The position numbers were made by a program, and so were the translations under genes. From IMG/VR virus record IMGVR_UViG_3300005688_000042: a stretch of DNA of 45,332 nucleotides; one strand, 5' to 3'. Position 1 is the stretch's first letter; each line of letters starts with the position of its first letter. The notes below the pieces were generated by a model. That model did no database searches, was not told the origin of the DNA, and saw only the letters and a list, made by a program, of their open reading frames with translations. Shown here one piece after another: positions 35,064 to 44,058 of the stretch. The DNA comes from a virus (Duplodnaviria > Heunggongvirae > Uroviricota > Caudoviricetes).

Positions 35064-35359
35064 TGCGCCCCGAAAGGGGCAACTACCATCATCCCCGACC
35101 ACGCACCCATTTTATATTACATATCATGAACGAACACTGAATGAAGCGTACCAAAACAATTTGATACGATTACGATTACTGAAATGAACGAACCCTGAAT
35201 GACCTTCAGGGTTCTTCTTTACTTCTGAATTGAATTATATTAAAATGGGCGCGTGGTCGGAGATAGTACATCAGGTCCAACTGATGAAGTTATAGAAACC
35301 ATTCAGATTCCGTTCAGGTTTGTCCTGTATACTACTCGCATACCAACAAGGAACACGCC

Positions 35360-35650
35360 ATGAACGCGAGCGAACTCAAGCGCAAGGTCGAAGCCAACAA
35401 CCCCGATAGCTTGTTCTTTTCTCGTAACAATATGAAGTTCTCTGGTGACACGATGCGCAACTATGGTGTTCGCACTGCGAAGATCATGACCAAAGACGGT
35501 GAAAAAGAGGTATGGGAGTTGTATCGCCGTCAGGCTACCCGCCATGGATTCACTCGTTCAGTGTATTGGGATCCGCTCGCTCTTGAACAAGCGCAGCGTC
35601 GGCCTCACGTCGCTCACGTTGCGGGACAACTTCGAGGCTCTGCGAATTGA
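35360..35650 (+). CDS. conserved hypothetical protein
   Basis: Box promoter; 'FFSRNNMKFSGDTMRNYGV'. Confidence 0.7.
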   Translation: MNASELKRKVEANNPDSLFFSRNNMKFSGDTMRNYGVRTAKIMTKDGEKEVWELYRRQATRHGFTRSVYWDPLALEQAQRRPHVAHVAGQLRGSAN

Positions 35651-35698
35651 CGGGGAGAATATCACCCCAGCATAATCGGAAGGTAGTATACCTATACT

Positions 35699-35728
35699 AG
35701 GGCCGGGATTATCCCGGCCCTTTCTTTT
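35699..35728 (+). terminator. intrinsic terminator closing the cassette array
   Basis: AGGGCCGGGAT-T-ATCCCGGCCCT followed by TTCTTTT. Confidence 0.75.
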
Positions 35729-35919
35729 GAGTATGGGGAGATAGTAACCGAAGGTAATGGATGGCGCATGCCATACAGTAACTAACAGTAACAGAGATAA
35801 TGGCTGGGGATTATCTGAGGAAGAATAAAATCAGTTTGGGTTACAATGAGTTACTATTAATTAATAATATATACAATCGGTTTAGCCGGGGGATCAAGTC
35901 CATTTATTTCCTCAATATA

Positions 35920-36043
35920 TTTTTATATTTCTACCCAAAATTTTCCCAAGTATTTTATTGAATCACTTTGACTATCATTCTAGGGCCATTTTTTATCTAC
36001 ACCATTTTTTATATTTCTACCCAAAATTTTCCCAAGTATTTTA
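35920..36043. repeat. 38-bp perfect direct repeat (35920-35957, 36006-36043)
   Basis: TTTTTATATTTCTACCCAAAATTTTCCCAAGTATTTTA twice in an ORF-free AT-rich gap. Confidence 0.9.
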
Positions 36044-36226
36044 ACATCATCCAAAAACCATTTTATACTAGATCAGTTTGCCATTCTCTCCTACATACTT
36101 TTGAATTATCATACCAATAATCTACTTGTTTAAAAATTGCCCGCAAAAAATTTAAACTGTCATCAAACCATCTGTCTAACATCTGTTCATGATAATAACA
36201 TTGATAAATAATGAAAAGAGATCATT

Positions 36227-37180
36227 ATGAAACTTACTGAAATACTGCTTGAATCGATAAACCTAATCAAATACAAAAATCAAGTAGCCGGTATTATTAA
36301 AAAAAGTTTAGAAGAATCATTGAAAGTTCAAGTGCCAGTCGAACCCGGTCAGGATGATGAAGCCCGAGCCATTGTAAACCACCTAAGTGCTAAATTATAT
36401 GGGAAAAGTACTGAAGAGGGGATAGAATTTAATCTTAGATGGTTCTGTGATCAAATCATGGAAAAAGAGGCTGGTGTTTATGATGAACGCGGACCTTATG
36501 AACATATACAAGTAAGTTTTACAGATTCCATTAAAGATCTAGGTCAATGCTATCATAACCATATTTCTCTTAATAGGACAAAACTATTAAAACCATTTTT
36601 AGATACTATTAATGGTGAATATATTGAAAGTGTTGCATCTTCATTTAACACTATTGAAGATTATAATCATGAAGTAAAAAAATATGGAATAAACATAGAT
36701 GTAAATTTGGATGGACCATTTAATAAACTCGTTGATGTGTTATTACATGAAATGGTGCATGCAATACAACATTATAGACAATGGGAAGTCAATAATGTAA
36801 ATGGGCGTCACACTGGTTATACTGAATACAGAAGTTATCTCGAAAAAGACAAAAAAGAATTTCATAAAATGATGAACAGTGACGAATGGACTGACAGAAA
36901 AAATAAAGCATACTATAGTAGCCCACAAGAAATCGCTGCACATGCTCATAATATTAGCCTACAAATCATTAACGACTATGGGGTGGATGATGAATGGGTT
37001 TCTCACCCATCACAACTTGAACTATCTAAGAATGTTAAGACATATTTGAGTCATGTATTTTCACCAGAAGAATTCAAAGATCCGAAAATATCTAAAATCA
37101 TAAATCGTTATTACCGATTAGTATATAAAGAACTTGAAGATTACTTGTCTCATGTGAAGAAAAATAAGGATGATAGATGA
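36227..37180 (+). CDS. zincin-like protein with N-terminal capsid-targeting-like peptide
   Basis: MKLTEILLES; 'LLHEMVHAIQH', 'YYSSPQEIAAHA'; paralog of 44059..44934. Confidence 0.75.
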   Translation: MKLTEILLESINLIKYKNQVAGIIKKSLEESLKVQVPVEPGQDDEARAIVNHLSAKLYGKSTEEGIEFNLRWFCDQIMEKEAGVYDERGPYEHIQVSFTDSIKDLGQCYHNHISLNRTKLLKPFLDTINGEYIESVASSFNTIEDYNHEVKKYGINIDVNLDGPFNKLVDVLLHEMVHAIQHYRQWEVNNVNGRHTGYTEYRSYLEKDKKEFHKMMNSDEWTDRKNKAYYSSPQEIAAHAHNISLQIINDYGVDDEWVSHPSQLELSKNVKTYLSHVFSPEEFKDPKISKIINRYYRLVYKELEDYLSHVKKNKDDR

Positions 37181-37602
37181 AACTATGTAATTTATTTGAA
37201 ATTCAATCCAGTCCTGTGACTTGGGTCTATCCCAATATTGATGACGAGATGAATGAAATTGAAAGAACATCACAAGAACTTGATATAAATTTACAACAAT
37301 TGCTTGATTCTTTTCAACATGCTCGTCTTATTACATTAAATGACACTATATGGTCTAGATTGGATAATACCGATTCCTATGATATTGAACAAGGTGATAT
37401 GGAGTCTGTCACTCATCTATCCTCGCAGTATGGAAAAGATTTACAGAGTATATTAAGAGTTTTTAGTAATGCTGGTAGTCTTCCTGCCCCAATCGTGATG
37501 AAAAGCAATGGTAGGTATTACTTAATTGCTGGTAATACTAGATTGATGGCAGCGAGAGTTCATGGTGTAATTCCTAAAGTGTTATTAGTCGTAGTGACAT
37601 AA
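37177..37602 (+). CDS. ParB/sulfiredoxin-like domain protein
   Basis: MKLCNLFE; 'LPAPIVMK..GRYYLIAGNTRLMAA'. Confidence 0.7.
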   Translation: MKLCNLFEIQSSPVTWVYPNIDDEMNEIERTSQELDINLQQLLDSFQHARLITLNDTIWSRLDNTDSYDIEQGDMESVTHLSSQYGKDLQSILRVFSNAGSLPAPIVMKSNGRYYLIAGNTRLMAARVHGVIPKVLLVVVT

Positions 37603-37623
37603 ATATCTTTATTTGGAATCTAT

Positions 37624-39228
37624 ATGAAAAGTTTTAAACATTATCTTGTTAATAAATTTATACCAGAAGGTGTTAGATCTGGCGCTAGGGACATCAAAGG
37701 ATACAAACCCAAAAAAGAATTTACTGTTGGTTTTGAATTTGAAATAGCAACTCCAGATTTGTCGGATGACGATGATAATGGAGATTCTTGGGAAGAATTT
37801 TCTCAGAATTGGTTTGACAACAATGATGTCTCTGATTGGGATTATTGGGACACTCTTAGTAAACGTGATAAATTAGAAATAATTGACAACTACGGTTTAA
37901 AACCTATCTACGGGTACGGTAAACGGGATGATTATGATGAAAGGCAGGGTTTCTTGGATTTCTATGAACCAACCGAAGAAGACAGTGAAGATGCCGACAA
38001 AGTTCGTCATGGTATAGTTCTGGATGCGGAAGGTGACGAAGTTAATCTGTTATCAATAAAGAATCCTGAAGAATTTTTCGACTTATTTAAACCTAACAAA
38101 TATGATCGTTGGCGCGAAGATTATTATTACGAATATGAACAAGAACAGATGGACGATGCATATCGTGAGTACCTAGACAATAATAAGGGTAAGGGGTCGA
38201 GTGTTAGTTACATACAAGAAGTAATGTCTAAAGCATTAAGAACAAATATAGAAATAGATAGTAATGATTATAGTGAATGGACTTTAGTTAAAGACAGTTC
38301 CATTAGACCTTCTGGCGCAGAATTGCGTTCTCCGGTTCTGTCTCATCATGATGCTATTAACGCTTTACGCACTGTTTTTAATACCATAAAACAAGACAGT
38401 GAACTGGAAACTAATGATAGCACTGGTTTACATGTTAATATCGGTACATTTACTAAAGAAGAAGTCGCAAAACTAGATGTATTAAAATTCTCTCTATTAG
38501 TGGGCGAAGATCATGTACTATCAATGTTCGATAGAGGTGGAAATGATTATACAGAACCTCATATAGAACACGTCATTCAATATTTGAAACAAGAACGTGG
38601 ATTCGATTTTAAAGATTATGAAGCTGCTATTGAATCTATTAATAGAAAAATTATACGTCAAGGTGCAAAATATAGATTTGCGAATATTGGGAAACTATCA
38701 GAAGGTTACATTGAAATTCGTGCTCCGGGTGGAGAAGATTATCATAGAAAATTTGATGAGGTTTCCGAAACTATCAACAGAGTCATGAAATTTTTGGAAA
38801 TTGCTATGGACCCGAATGCCTTTAGAAAAGAATATCTTTCCAAATTATATAAACTACTAGGTGACAGATCAGAAAATAATATCGATGTATTACCAAAGAA
38901 TAGAGAACAGGCCACCGCCAAATCTGCGATAGCATCCATAGAGAAAGATATTGGTAGAGCGTTAGGAAACAAATATTTTACTTTTGGAAATTCCGTATCA
39001 GGAATTATCAGGGCTTTAGTCGAGTTGGGTATTACGCTTAAAAATAATAATAGTGATCCATCTCCTTTATTAAAACACTCTATTGCCATACGAAATTATA
39101 TGAATGAGTTTAAAAAATCTAATCCGCAACTGAAAATGCAAATGCCAGAGGCGAGAGAATACGTGAATAGATCTAAAAACGAAATGGATAAGCGAGTTCA
39201 CGCTTTAATAATGGGATTGCTCAATTAA
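37624..39228 (+). CDS. putative amidoligase (Amidoligase_2 / COOH-NH2 ligase type)
   Basis: 'TVGFEFEI', 'W.LVKDSSI', 'AELRSPVL', 'TNDSTGLHVNI', 'KYRFANI', 'IEIRAPGG'. Confidence 0.85.
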   Translation: MKSFKHYLVNKFIPEGVRSGARDIKGYKPKKEFTVGFEFEIATPDLSDDDDNGDSWEEFSQNWFDNNDVSDWDYWDTLSKRDKLEIIDNYGLKPIYGYGKRDDYDERQGFLDFYEPTEEDSEDADKVRHGIVLDAEGDEVNLLSIKNPEEFFDLFKPNKYDRWREDYYYEYEQEQMDDAYREYLDNNKGKGSSVSYIQEVMSKALRTNIEIDSNDYSEWTLVKDSSIRPSGAELRSPVLSHHDAINALRTVFNTIKQDSELETNDSTGLHVNIGTFTKEEVAKLDVLKFSLLVGEDHVLSMFDRGGNDYTEPHIEHVIQYLKQERGFDFKDYEAAIESINRKIIRQGAKYRFANIGKLSEGYIEIRAPGGEDYHRKFDEVSETINRVMKFLEIAMDPNAFRKEYLSKLYKLLGDRSENNIDVLPKNREQATAKSAIASIEKDIGRALGNKYFTFGNSVSGIIRALVELGITLKNNNSDPSPLLKHSIAIRNYMNEFKKSNPQLKMQMPEAREYVNRSKNEMDKRVHALIMGLLN

Positions 39229-39229
39229 C

Positions 39230-39943
39230 ATGAAAACATTTACACAATTCTTGATAGAAAAAATAGAAATGAAAGCTCCATCACATGAGACTAGTATGAA
39301 TGATGACGGTCGCATATTGCGCAAATGGACTACATCCAAGGGTAACAGAGTAGCATTAGAATTTCAACGTGGTAATCGTGGCAACTATGATATTTCTTTC
39401 GTCGTTAACAACTCTACAACGGAGGATATAACCAGATCATCCGATAGAGAAATATTACAAACAGTTCTGTACCAAATCAAAAAAACTATTGATGAAAATG
39501 GTATAGACAAATTTAGCTTTGATGCGTGGAATGATAGTTTCGATGATAAAAGTATCTCAAAAATGATTAATCCATATGCCTCGGAACTTGCGCTGTATAT
39601 TAAAAAATATAAATCTGATTACAGCATTGGTCTACAATTAGAAAGGATACTACAATATTTTCCATACATGAATGAACTGAGCTATGTGGAACAAGCTTTA
39701 AGACGAATTAATCATTTATTAAATTACCCAGATTTAGATAGTAAGTTTGAACAATTTTTACAAAAAATGAAATTACTCATGCAAAGATTATTGGAAATCA
39801 TAGAATCTGGCGAATCATCTAGTCAATCTTCACCCAACAGACGATTAGCCATCTATAAACGCTTCTTATCGCAATACCTCGGACCAGAATGGTCAATAGA
39901 ACCTAAAGGACGTAATGGTATTTACGCCATTAAGTCACATTAA
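39230..39943 (+). CDS. hypothetical protein with T4 IP-like N-terminus
   Basis: MKTFTQFLIE resembles T4 MKTYQEFIAE. Confidence 0.75.
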   Translation: MKTFTQFLIEKIEMKAPSHETSMNDDGRILRKWTTSKGNRVALEFQRGNRGNYDISFVVNNSTTEDITRSSDREILQTVLYQIKKTIDENGIDKFSFDAWNDSFDDKSISKMINPYASELALYIKKYKSDYSIGLQLERILQYFPYMNELSYVEQALRRINHLLNYPDLDSKFEQFLQKMKLLMQRLLEIIESGESSSQSSPNRRLAIYKRFLSQYLGPEWSIEPKGRNGIYAIKSH

Positions 39944-40130
39944 GCTGTTCAATTTTTTGGAGATATCCTAGATTCATCTCTATTTCATCATCTAATTGCT
40001 GGATGAACGCAGGAAGATCACTATTACCGGGAACATTCAGTAATTTAGTCATTTTTTCGCGCATCTCTTTTCTATGTTTAATCGTGTTATTAAACATTTC
40101 TATTAGTTGAATTTTTTCTTGTATATTCAT
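39930..40130 (-). CDS. small coiled-coil protein
   Basis: Start MNIQEK, GGAG RBS. Confidence 0.55.
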   Translation of the reverse strand: MNIQEKIQLIEMFNNTIKHRKEMREKMTKLLNVPGNSDLPAFIQQLDDEIEMNLGYLQKIEQLNVT

Positions 40131-40322
40131 GCTACTCTCCATTAAATACTTTTTTCGAAAGATTCGAATAACTTTTCGAATTTAAGTTGATACAGTTCGA
40201 TCATACCAATAACTATATTCTGCGCTTTATCGCCTTCCACTACATCCAGTAGAAGTTTTAGATCATCTACAACATTCCACGCTGCCATAATGTTTTGTTC
40301 TAGGTCAAATCTATTTTTCATT

Positions 40323-40697
40323 TTATTTTCCTTTATTTGCTTTAAATGTTATCTTACGCTCACTGGATTTAGTAATTTCAAATCTTTTTTTATCCTGCTT
40401 GAATAGCAAAAATGAATATAAAAATTCTCTTTCAGCTTCTGCTTCAGAATCAAACCATTTCAAAGATCTTTGCCAATACTGGTTTGGTTCTAATTCGTTT
40501 TCTAAGGAGTTTATTTCTATACTAATTTGATTGTTAACATCTAATGCTACATGACGATTACTGTCAGAAGTATAATTGTAAATTGTCATAATACATGCAT
40601 ATCTTCGTTTTTCAGAAAACTCATCAATGCATGAATATATTCTAACAATACAATCCAATTCACCTTCAAGAATTTGCGAATCTAATGCACTTTTCAT
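40323..40697 (-). CDS. hypothetical protein
   Basis: 124-aa ORF coupled to the YopX gene. Confidence 0.6.
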   Translation of the reverse strand: MKSALDSQILEGELDCIVRIYSCIDEFSEKRRYACIMTIYNYTSDSNRHVALDVNNQISIEINSLENELEPNQYWQRSLKWFDSEAEAEREFLYSFLLFKQDKKRFEITKSSERKITFKANKGK

Positions 40698-41023
40698 AAT
40701 TCAAAAATTCCTTCGAATGTATTTCCTATAACCATCATCTCTCTATGATCTATAGTCTCTTGTGATGCTATAAGCCATGGATCTTCGTCTAAACCATTCA
40801 CTAATAGATAGAAGCAACCATCAAAGAATGCAATTGTATATTCTGTGCCTCGATAATCTATGATAAGGTCGTTTTCGAAAATTGGCCTATCATTTATATC
40901 ATTATTACCAGTATATAATAAGACTTCTTCTGACTTATAATCTACTGGCGAGAAAAAACCACCAAAAGGATATCTCATAACTTTTTTATCATGATTCCAT
41001 ATTCTAATTTTAAAGTTTTTCAT
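40694..41023 (-). CDS. YopX family protein
   Basis: 'FKIRIWN..K..M', 'LYTG..DIN.RPIFENDL', 'VIGNTFE'. Confidence 0.85.
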   Translation of the reverse strand: MKNFKIRIWNHDKKVMRYPFGGFFSPVDYKSEEVLLYTGNNDINDRPIFENDLIIDYRGTEYTIAFFDGCFYLLVNGLDEDPWLIASQETIDHREMMVIGNTFEGIFEL

Positions 41024-41130
41024 AATTTTTCAATGTTCACGCTTCAATCATAGTAGAGATCTTTTTATTTGTCAATCATGATATAAATTTATTATTTTAT
41101 CACAATAAATATTATCATTTGGACATATTA

Positions 41131-41790
41131 ATGAAACTCTACGAAATATTCGACACTAAGAGCAAGAACATAACAGGTAATTCGCATCTTAGCAATAGGT
41201 GGGATCTTACTGGAACGGAAACTGGTGGTATTCATAGTCACGTCGTACCGGATACTGATCCGCATATGATTAATAAAATATCTCATAACGATGATCCCGC
41301 ATATAAGAAATATGTTAGATTTCTAGCAAATTCAAAATTGGCTCAACAAAATCCACACTTTCCAAGAATCTATGAAGATAAAACCTATCTGTCTACTAAA
41401 ACGGGGCAGAAAAAATTATGGAAAATGGAGAAGCTGCCATTTACCTATTATAATTATACTATTGTTAGAGGGGACTATGAAACATCACTTGAGCGTATAC
41501 GCAATTTAGCAGATTTATACATTGTCAAAGAATATTCCAACATGTTTGATAATGTACGACCAGAAACAGAAAAATGGGAACAGAATAGGCAAATCATCGA
41601 TTTATCTGATAAATTGTTTAAAATGTTAAAATCCAAAGATTTGATAGGTATGGAGAGTTATGCTGAAGCATTGGAAATAATAATGCAAAACAACAGAAAA
41701 ATCGGTTTCGTTGATTTGCATGATAAAAATATAATGGTTAGACTCTCTGGACAAGGGCCGCAATTAGTCTTTACAGATCCTTATTCATAA
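41131..41790 (+). CDS. protein-kinase-like protein with capsid-targeting-like N-terminus
   Basis: MKLYEIF; 'INKIS', 'NPHFPRIY', 'MEKL', 'DLHDKNIMVR', 'LVFTDP'. Confidence 0.75.
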   Translation: MKLYEIFDTKSKNITGNSHLSNRWDLTGTETGGIHSHVVPDTDPHMINKISHNDDPAYKKYVRFLANSKLAQQNPHFPRIYEDKTYLSTKTGQKKLWKMEKLPFTYYNYTIVRGDYETSLERIRNLADLYIVKEYSNMFDNVRPETEKWEQNRQIIDLSDKLFKMLKSKDLIGMESYAEALEIIMQNNRKIGFVDLHDKNIMVRLSGQGPQLVFTDPYS

Positions 41791-42885
41791 TTGATTTATG
41801 TGTATAAATCTGAAGTCAGGTTTCAAATTCTTAAGATCGATCTCTCTGAACCTTGAAAATATATAACCAACCTGATCTCCAATATTGGACTTCATATACT
41901 TATCATCTTTAAGATTGTCAACAAAAACTTCTAGATCGTCTTTTGTAAATGCTACTTCACCATCTGTGAAATATGTCTTACCGCCAGCAGAGAATTGGTA
42001 ATTGTTATAAAATTGGTTATCTGTTGGTATTTTTTGTATATTTTCTGCTTTATTTTTGGAATTTATTTTAATTGTCAACAGCTTCGATTTTGACCTATTG
42101 GCATCGTATGTAGCACCCAATTTGTTAATTAGATCAACAACATAGTCAGCATATTGGTCCTTTAACTCTGATGATGCTTTTCCCTCTACGCCAGATATAA
42201 TATTATCATTTGGCGAATATGTAGATATGACGTGTGGATTGTCATGCTCGTCAAATAACGTAAATATAGTCCTGTTAGGATCATTGGACATGAACCCGGC
42301 ACTACCACAATTGTTCATTCCTTTACCAACGATAGTACATTTGTCGCCAACATTTATCCACCTGTAACCATTTGGATACTGTATTAACGGTTTTGCATCC
42401 TTGAATACTTTCTTTTCTGAAAATTTCTTTTCTGCTTCTGAAAAAGACAAGTTTTCGAACTGCTTTAATGTTTTAAGTTTACCATCTACAATTTCTCTAA
42501 TAAACTCACCTTTGAAGAAATGATGCTTAAATAAACTCTCTTCTATTTGTTCTTTTAAACTTTTTAAATGATCATCCATGTCATCAACGGTTGTGTCATC
42601 AATTCCTAAATATTTGCAGGCTTTTTCATAAGCCTGTGGCGAAGTTGTTGCTGCTGTATATAATAATGTTGGGCCGTATAAATCGCCATACCACGATCCG
42701 ACCCGTTCTGTTGCCTCTTTCCACCAATTGTCCATCGGCCTATATGAAACTGAGTCCTTAAACCACTTAGATATTAAATAAGCATTACTACCGAATTTTT
42801 GTTTCATCAGTGCCGCAATAATTGGTGGAAATCCTAAATTAACAATAGATTGTTTTGATTCTAACAGTAAATTTCGTAAAAACAT
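41785..42885 (-). CDS. PcfJ-like domain protein
   Basis: MFLRNLLLES; 'YPNGYRWIN...GKGMNNCGS...IFTLFD....PHV...EGKAS'. Confidence 0.65.
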   Translation of the reverse strand: MFLRNLLLESKQSIVNLGFPPIIAALMKQKFGSNAYLISKWFKDSVSYRPMDNWWKEATERVGSWYGDLYGPTLLYTAATTSPQAYEKACKYLGIDDTTVDDMDDHLKSLKEQIEESLFKHHFFKGEFIREIVDGKLKTLKQFENLSFSEAEKKFSEKKVFKDAKPLIQYPNGYRWINVGDKCTIVGKGMNNCGSAGFMSNDPNRTIFTLFDEHDNPHVISTYSPNDNIISGVEGKASSELKDQYADYVVDLINKLGATYDANRSKSKLLTIKINSKNKAENIQKIPTDNQFYNNYQFSAGGKTYFTDGEVAFTKDDLEVFVDNLKDDKYMKSNIGDQVGYIFSRFREIDLKNLKPDFRFIHINQL

Positions 42886-43494
42886 TTATTCAAATCCATT
42901 GTTAAATATGTTTTCTTGTGGGCAAATAGTCATAGTGCCACTGGGATCAACTCTGTCTCCGAACCACAATACGGCATAATTGTCTATCAGACCGACTCCG
43001 AGACCACTAAATGGTACGCTAGCCCACTGTCCTTGTTGTAATATAACAGCATTATGTGCTGGACTGTTTTTCCACTGATCTAATGCGTGTTGTGCAGTTT
43101 GATTGAAAGAGTCTGCGGCATTTTCAAAACCATTTCCGGTGTATATTCCACCAGAGATTTGAAACGGTTTTCTCCACATTTGTTGTGCTTGCGCGTGATC
43201 TGACGTATAGCATACCGCTTGCCATAGTTGTGGCATGGCATCAGACCAACTGTGCGTATTGCATATACCACCAACGGCATTATTTGCAACTCTATCCCAG
43301 ACATGCCATTGCCCAGTGGAAGATAACCAAAAACTTATTGGTAATGCCGCTTTACCATTCTCAACTCTGTATTCGTTTACAAGATTAGCCAATTCGTATT
43401 CTTGTTCATTCAAACATACTCCGGTATTAACCGGAACTGGAGCGCCAAGAATGTTTACGAATAAAAATATACCTATTAGCAGTTCATTGAACAT
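42886..43494 (-). CDS. CAP/SCP-domain exported protein with C-terminal IFxxGFE motif
   Basis: Signal-like N-terminus, 'LVNEYR..NG', 'GFENAA', 'ALDQWKNSPAHNAVIL', C-terminal 'ENIFNNGFE'. Confidence 0.8.
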   Translation of the reverse strand: MFNELLIGIFLFVNILGAPVPVNTGVCLNEQEYELANLVNEYRVENGKAALPISFWLSSTGQWHVWDRVANNAVGGICNTHSWSDAMPQLWQAVCYTSDHAQAQQMWRKPFQISGGIYTGNGFENAADSFNQTAQHALDQWKNSPAHNAVILQQGQWASVPFSGLGVGLIDNYAVLWFGDRVDPSGTMTICPQENIFNNGFE

Positions 43495-43496
43495 GA

Positions 43497-43985
43497 TTAA
43501 TCATATTGAGTTGGCGGTTTAGAATATTGTATTCTATCTTCATTAGCTAATTCTGACATTATAGCAGAAACGAACTTTTTATCAGTTTGCATAAATTGCA
43601 TCAGCTCATTTTTTTGTTGTCCTGATAATGGTAATACTTCATCAGTTTCTACGTCTCTACATTCAAATTTATTATGTTTTACTAATTCAACTATTGTATC
43701 AACAAATAACTTATATTCGTCACGTAGATCAACAACTCCATCTATGTCAATTGTAAAATCATGAAATGCTATGTAAAATGTTTTATCTCCATAAGAAAAA
43801 TCAATCGTTAAAAGCTCTACTTCGACGTCCGTTATATAGTCTTCGTCCTGTTCTGGTGGATCATAATGTGTTCCGGGATAGTATTTACCGGCATACGCAT
43901 TTATTTTTACAACACTGTCACTTCCGACAACTTGTAGGGATTGTGCATTATCCATTTGCTCTAACAAAAATTTTAGAAATTGCAT
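43497..43985 (-). CDS. acidic hypothetical protein with capsid-targeting-like N-terminus
   Basis: MQFLKFLLEQ. Confidence 0.7.
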   Translation of the reverse strand: MQFLKFLLEQMDNAQSLQVVGSDSVVKINAYAGKYYPGTHYDPPEQDEDYITDVEVELLTIDFSYGDKTFYIAFHDFTIDIDGVVDLRDEYKLFVDTIVELVKHNKFECRDVETDEVLPLSGQQKNELMQFMQTDKKFVSAIMSELANEDRIQYSKPPTQYD

Positions 43986-44058
43986 AGCGATTTTCCATAT
44001 ATGATTTTCATTATTTATATCTTAACCAGATAAATATGTACAAATTATGAGCAATAAT

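Larger units (their letters stand above)
14885..35267. repeat. dispersed ~26-nt repeat TAAAATGGGTGCGTGGTCGGG(R)GATAGT (13 copies)
   Basis: Plus: 14885, 21559, 25305, 27738, 28993, 32818, 35242. Minus: 17358, 22201, 23076, 26276, 33829, 35091. Confidence 0.92.
14732..35317. promoter_or_regulatory. family of TTCAG-N6-TTCAG box promoters (28 counted)
   Basis: Plus-strand box starts: 15387, 15862, 16870, 18924, 19620, 19924, 20485, 23289, 24244, 24613, 24916, 25361, 26375, 26714, 27007, 29503, 33742, 33973, 34623, 35302. Minus: 14732, 17399, 21422, 23114, 26314, 29350, 33867, 35126. A -10-like hexamer follows 10-11 nt after the second box in the copies checked. Confidence 0.88.

Noticed and set aside
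14885-35267. G-rich repeat as a CRISPR array or solitary CRISPR repeat (shares GGGTGCGTGG with some type I-C repeats)
   Set aside because: Copies are dispersed in both orientations with no regular spacers. They lack the internal palindrome and the ATTGAAAC end, and no cas genes are in the window.
14732-35317. GTTCAG/CTGAAC motifs as integron attC sites
   Set aside because: They do not match GTTRRRY/RYYYAAC cores, no integrase is present, and the fixed 10-11-nt distance to -10 hexamers fits promoters.
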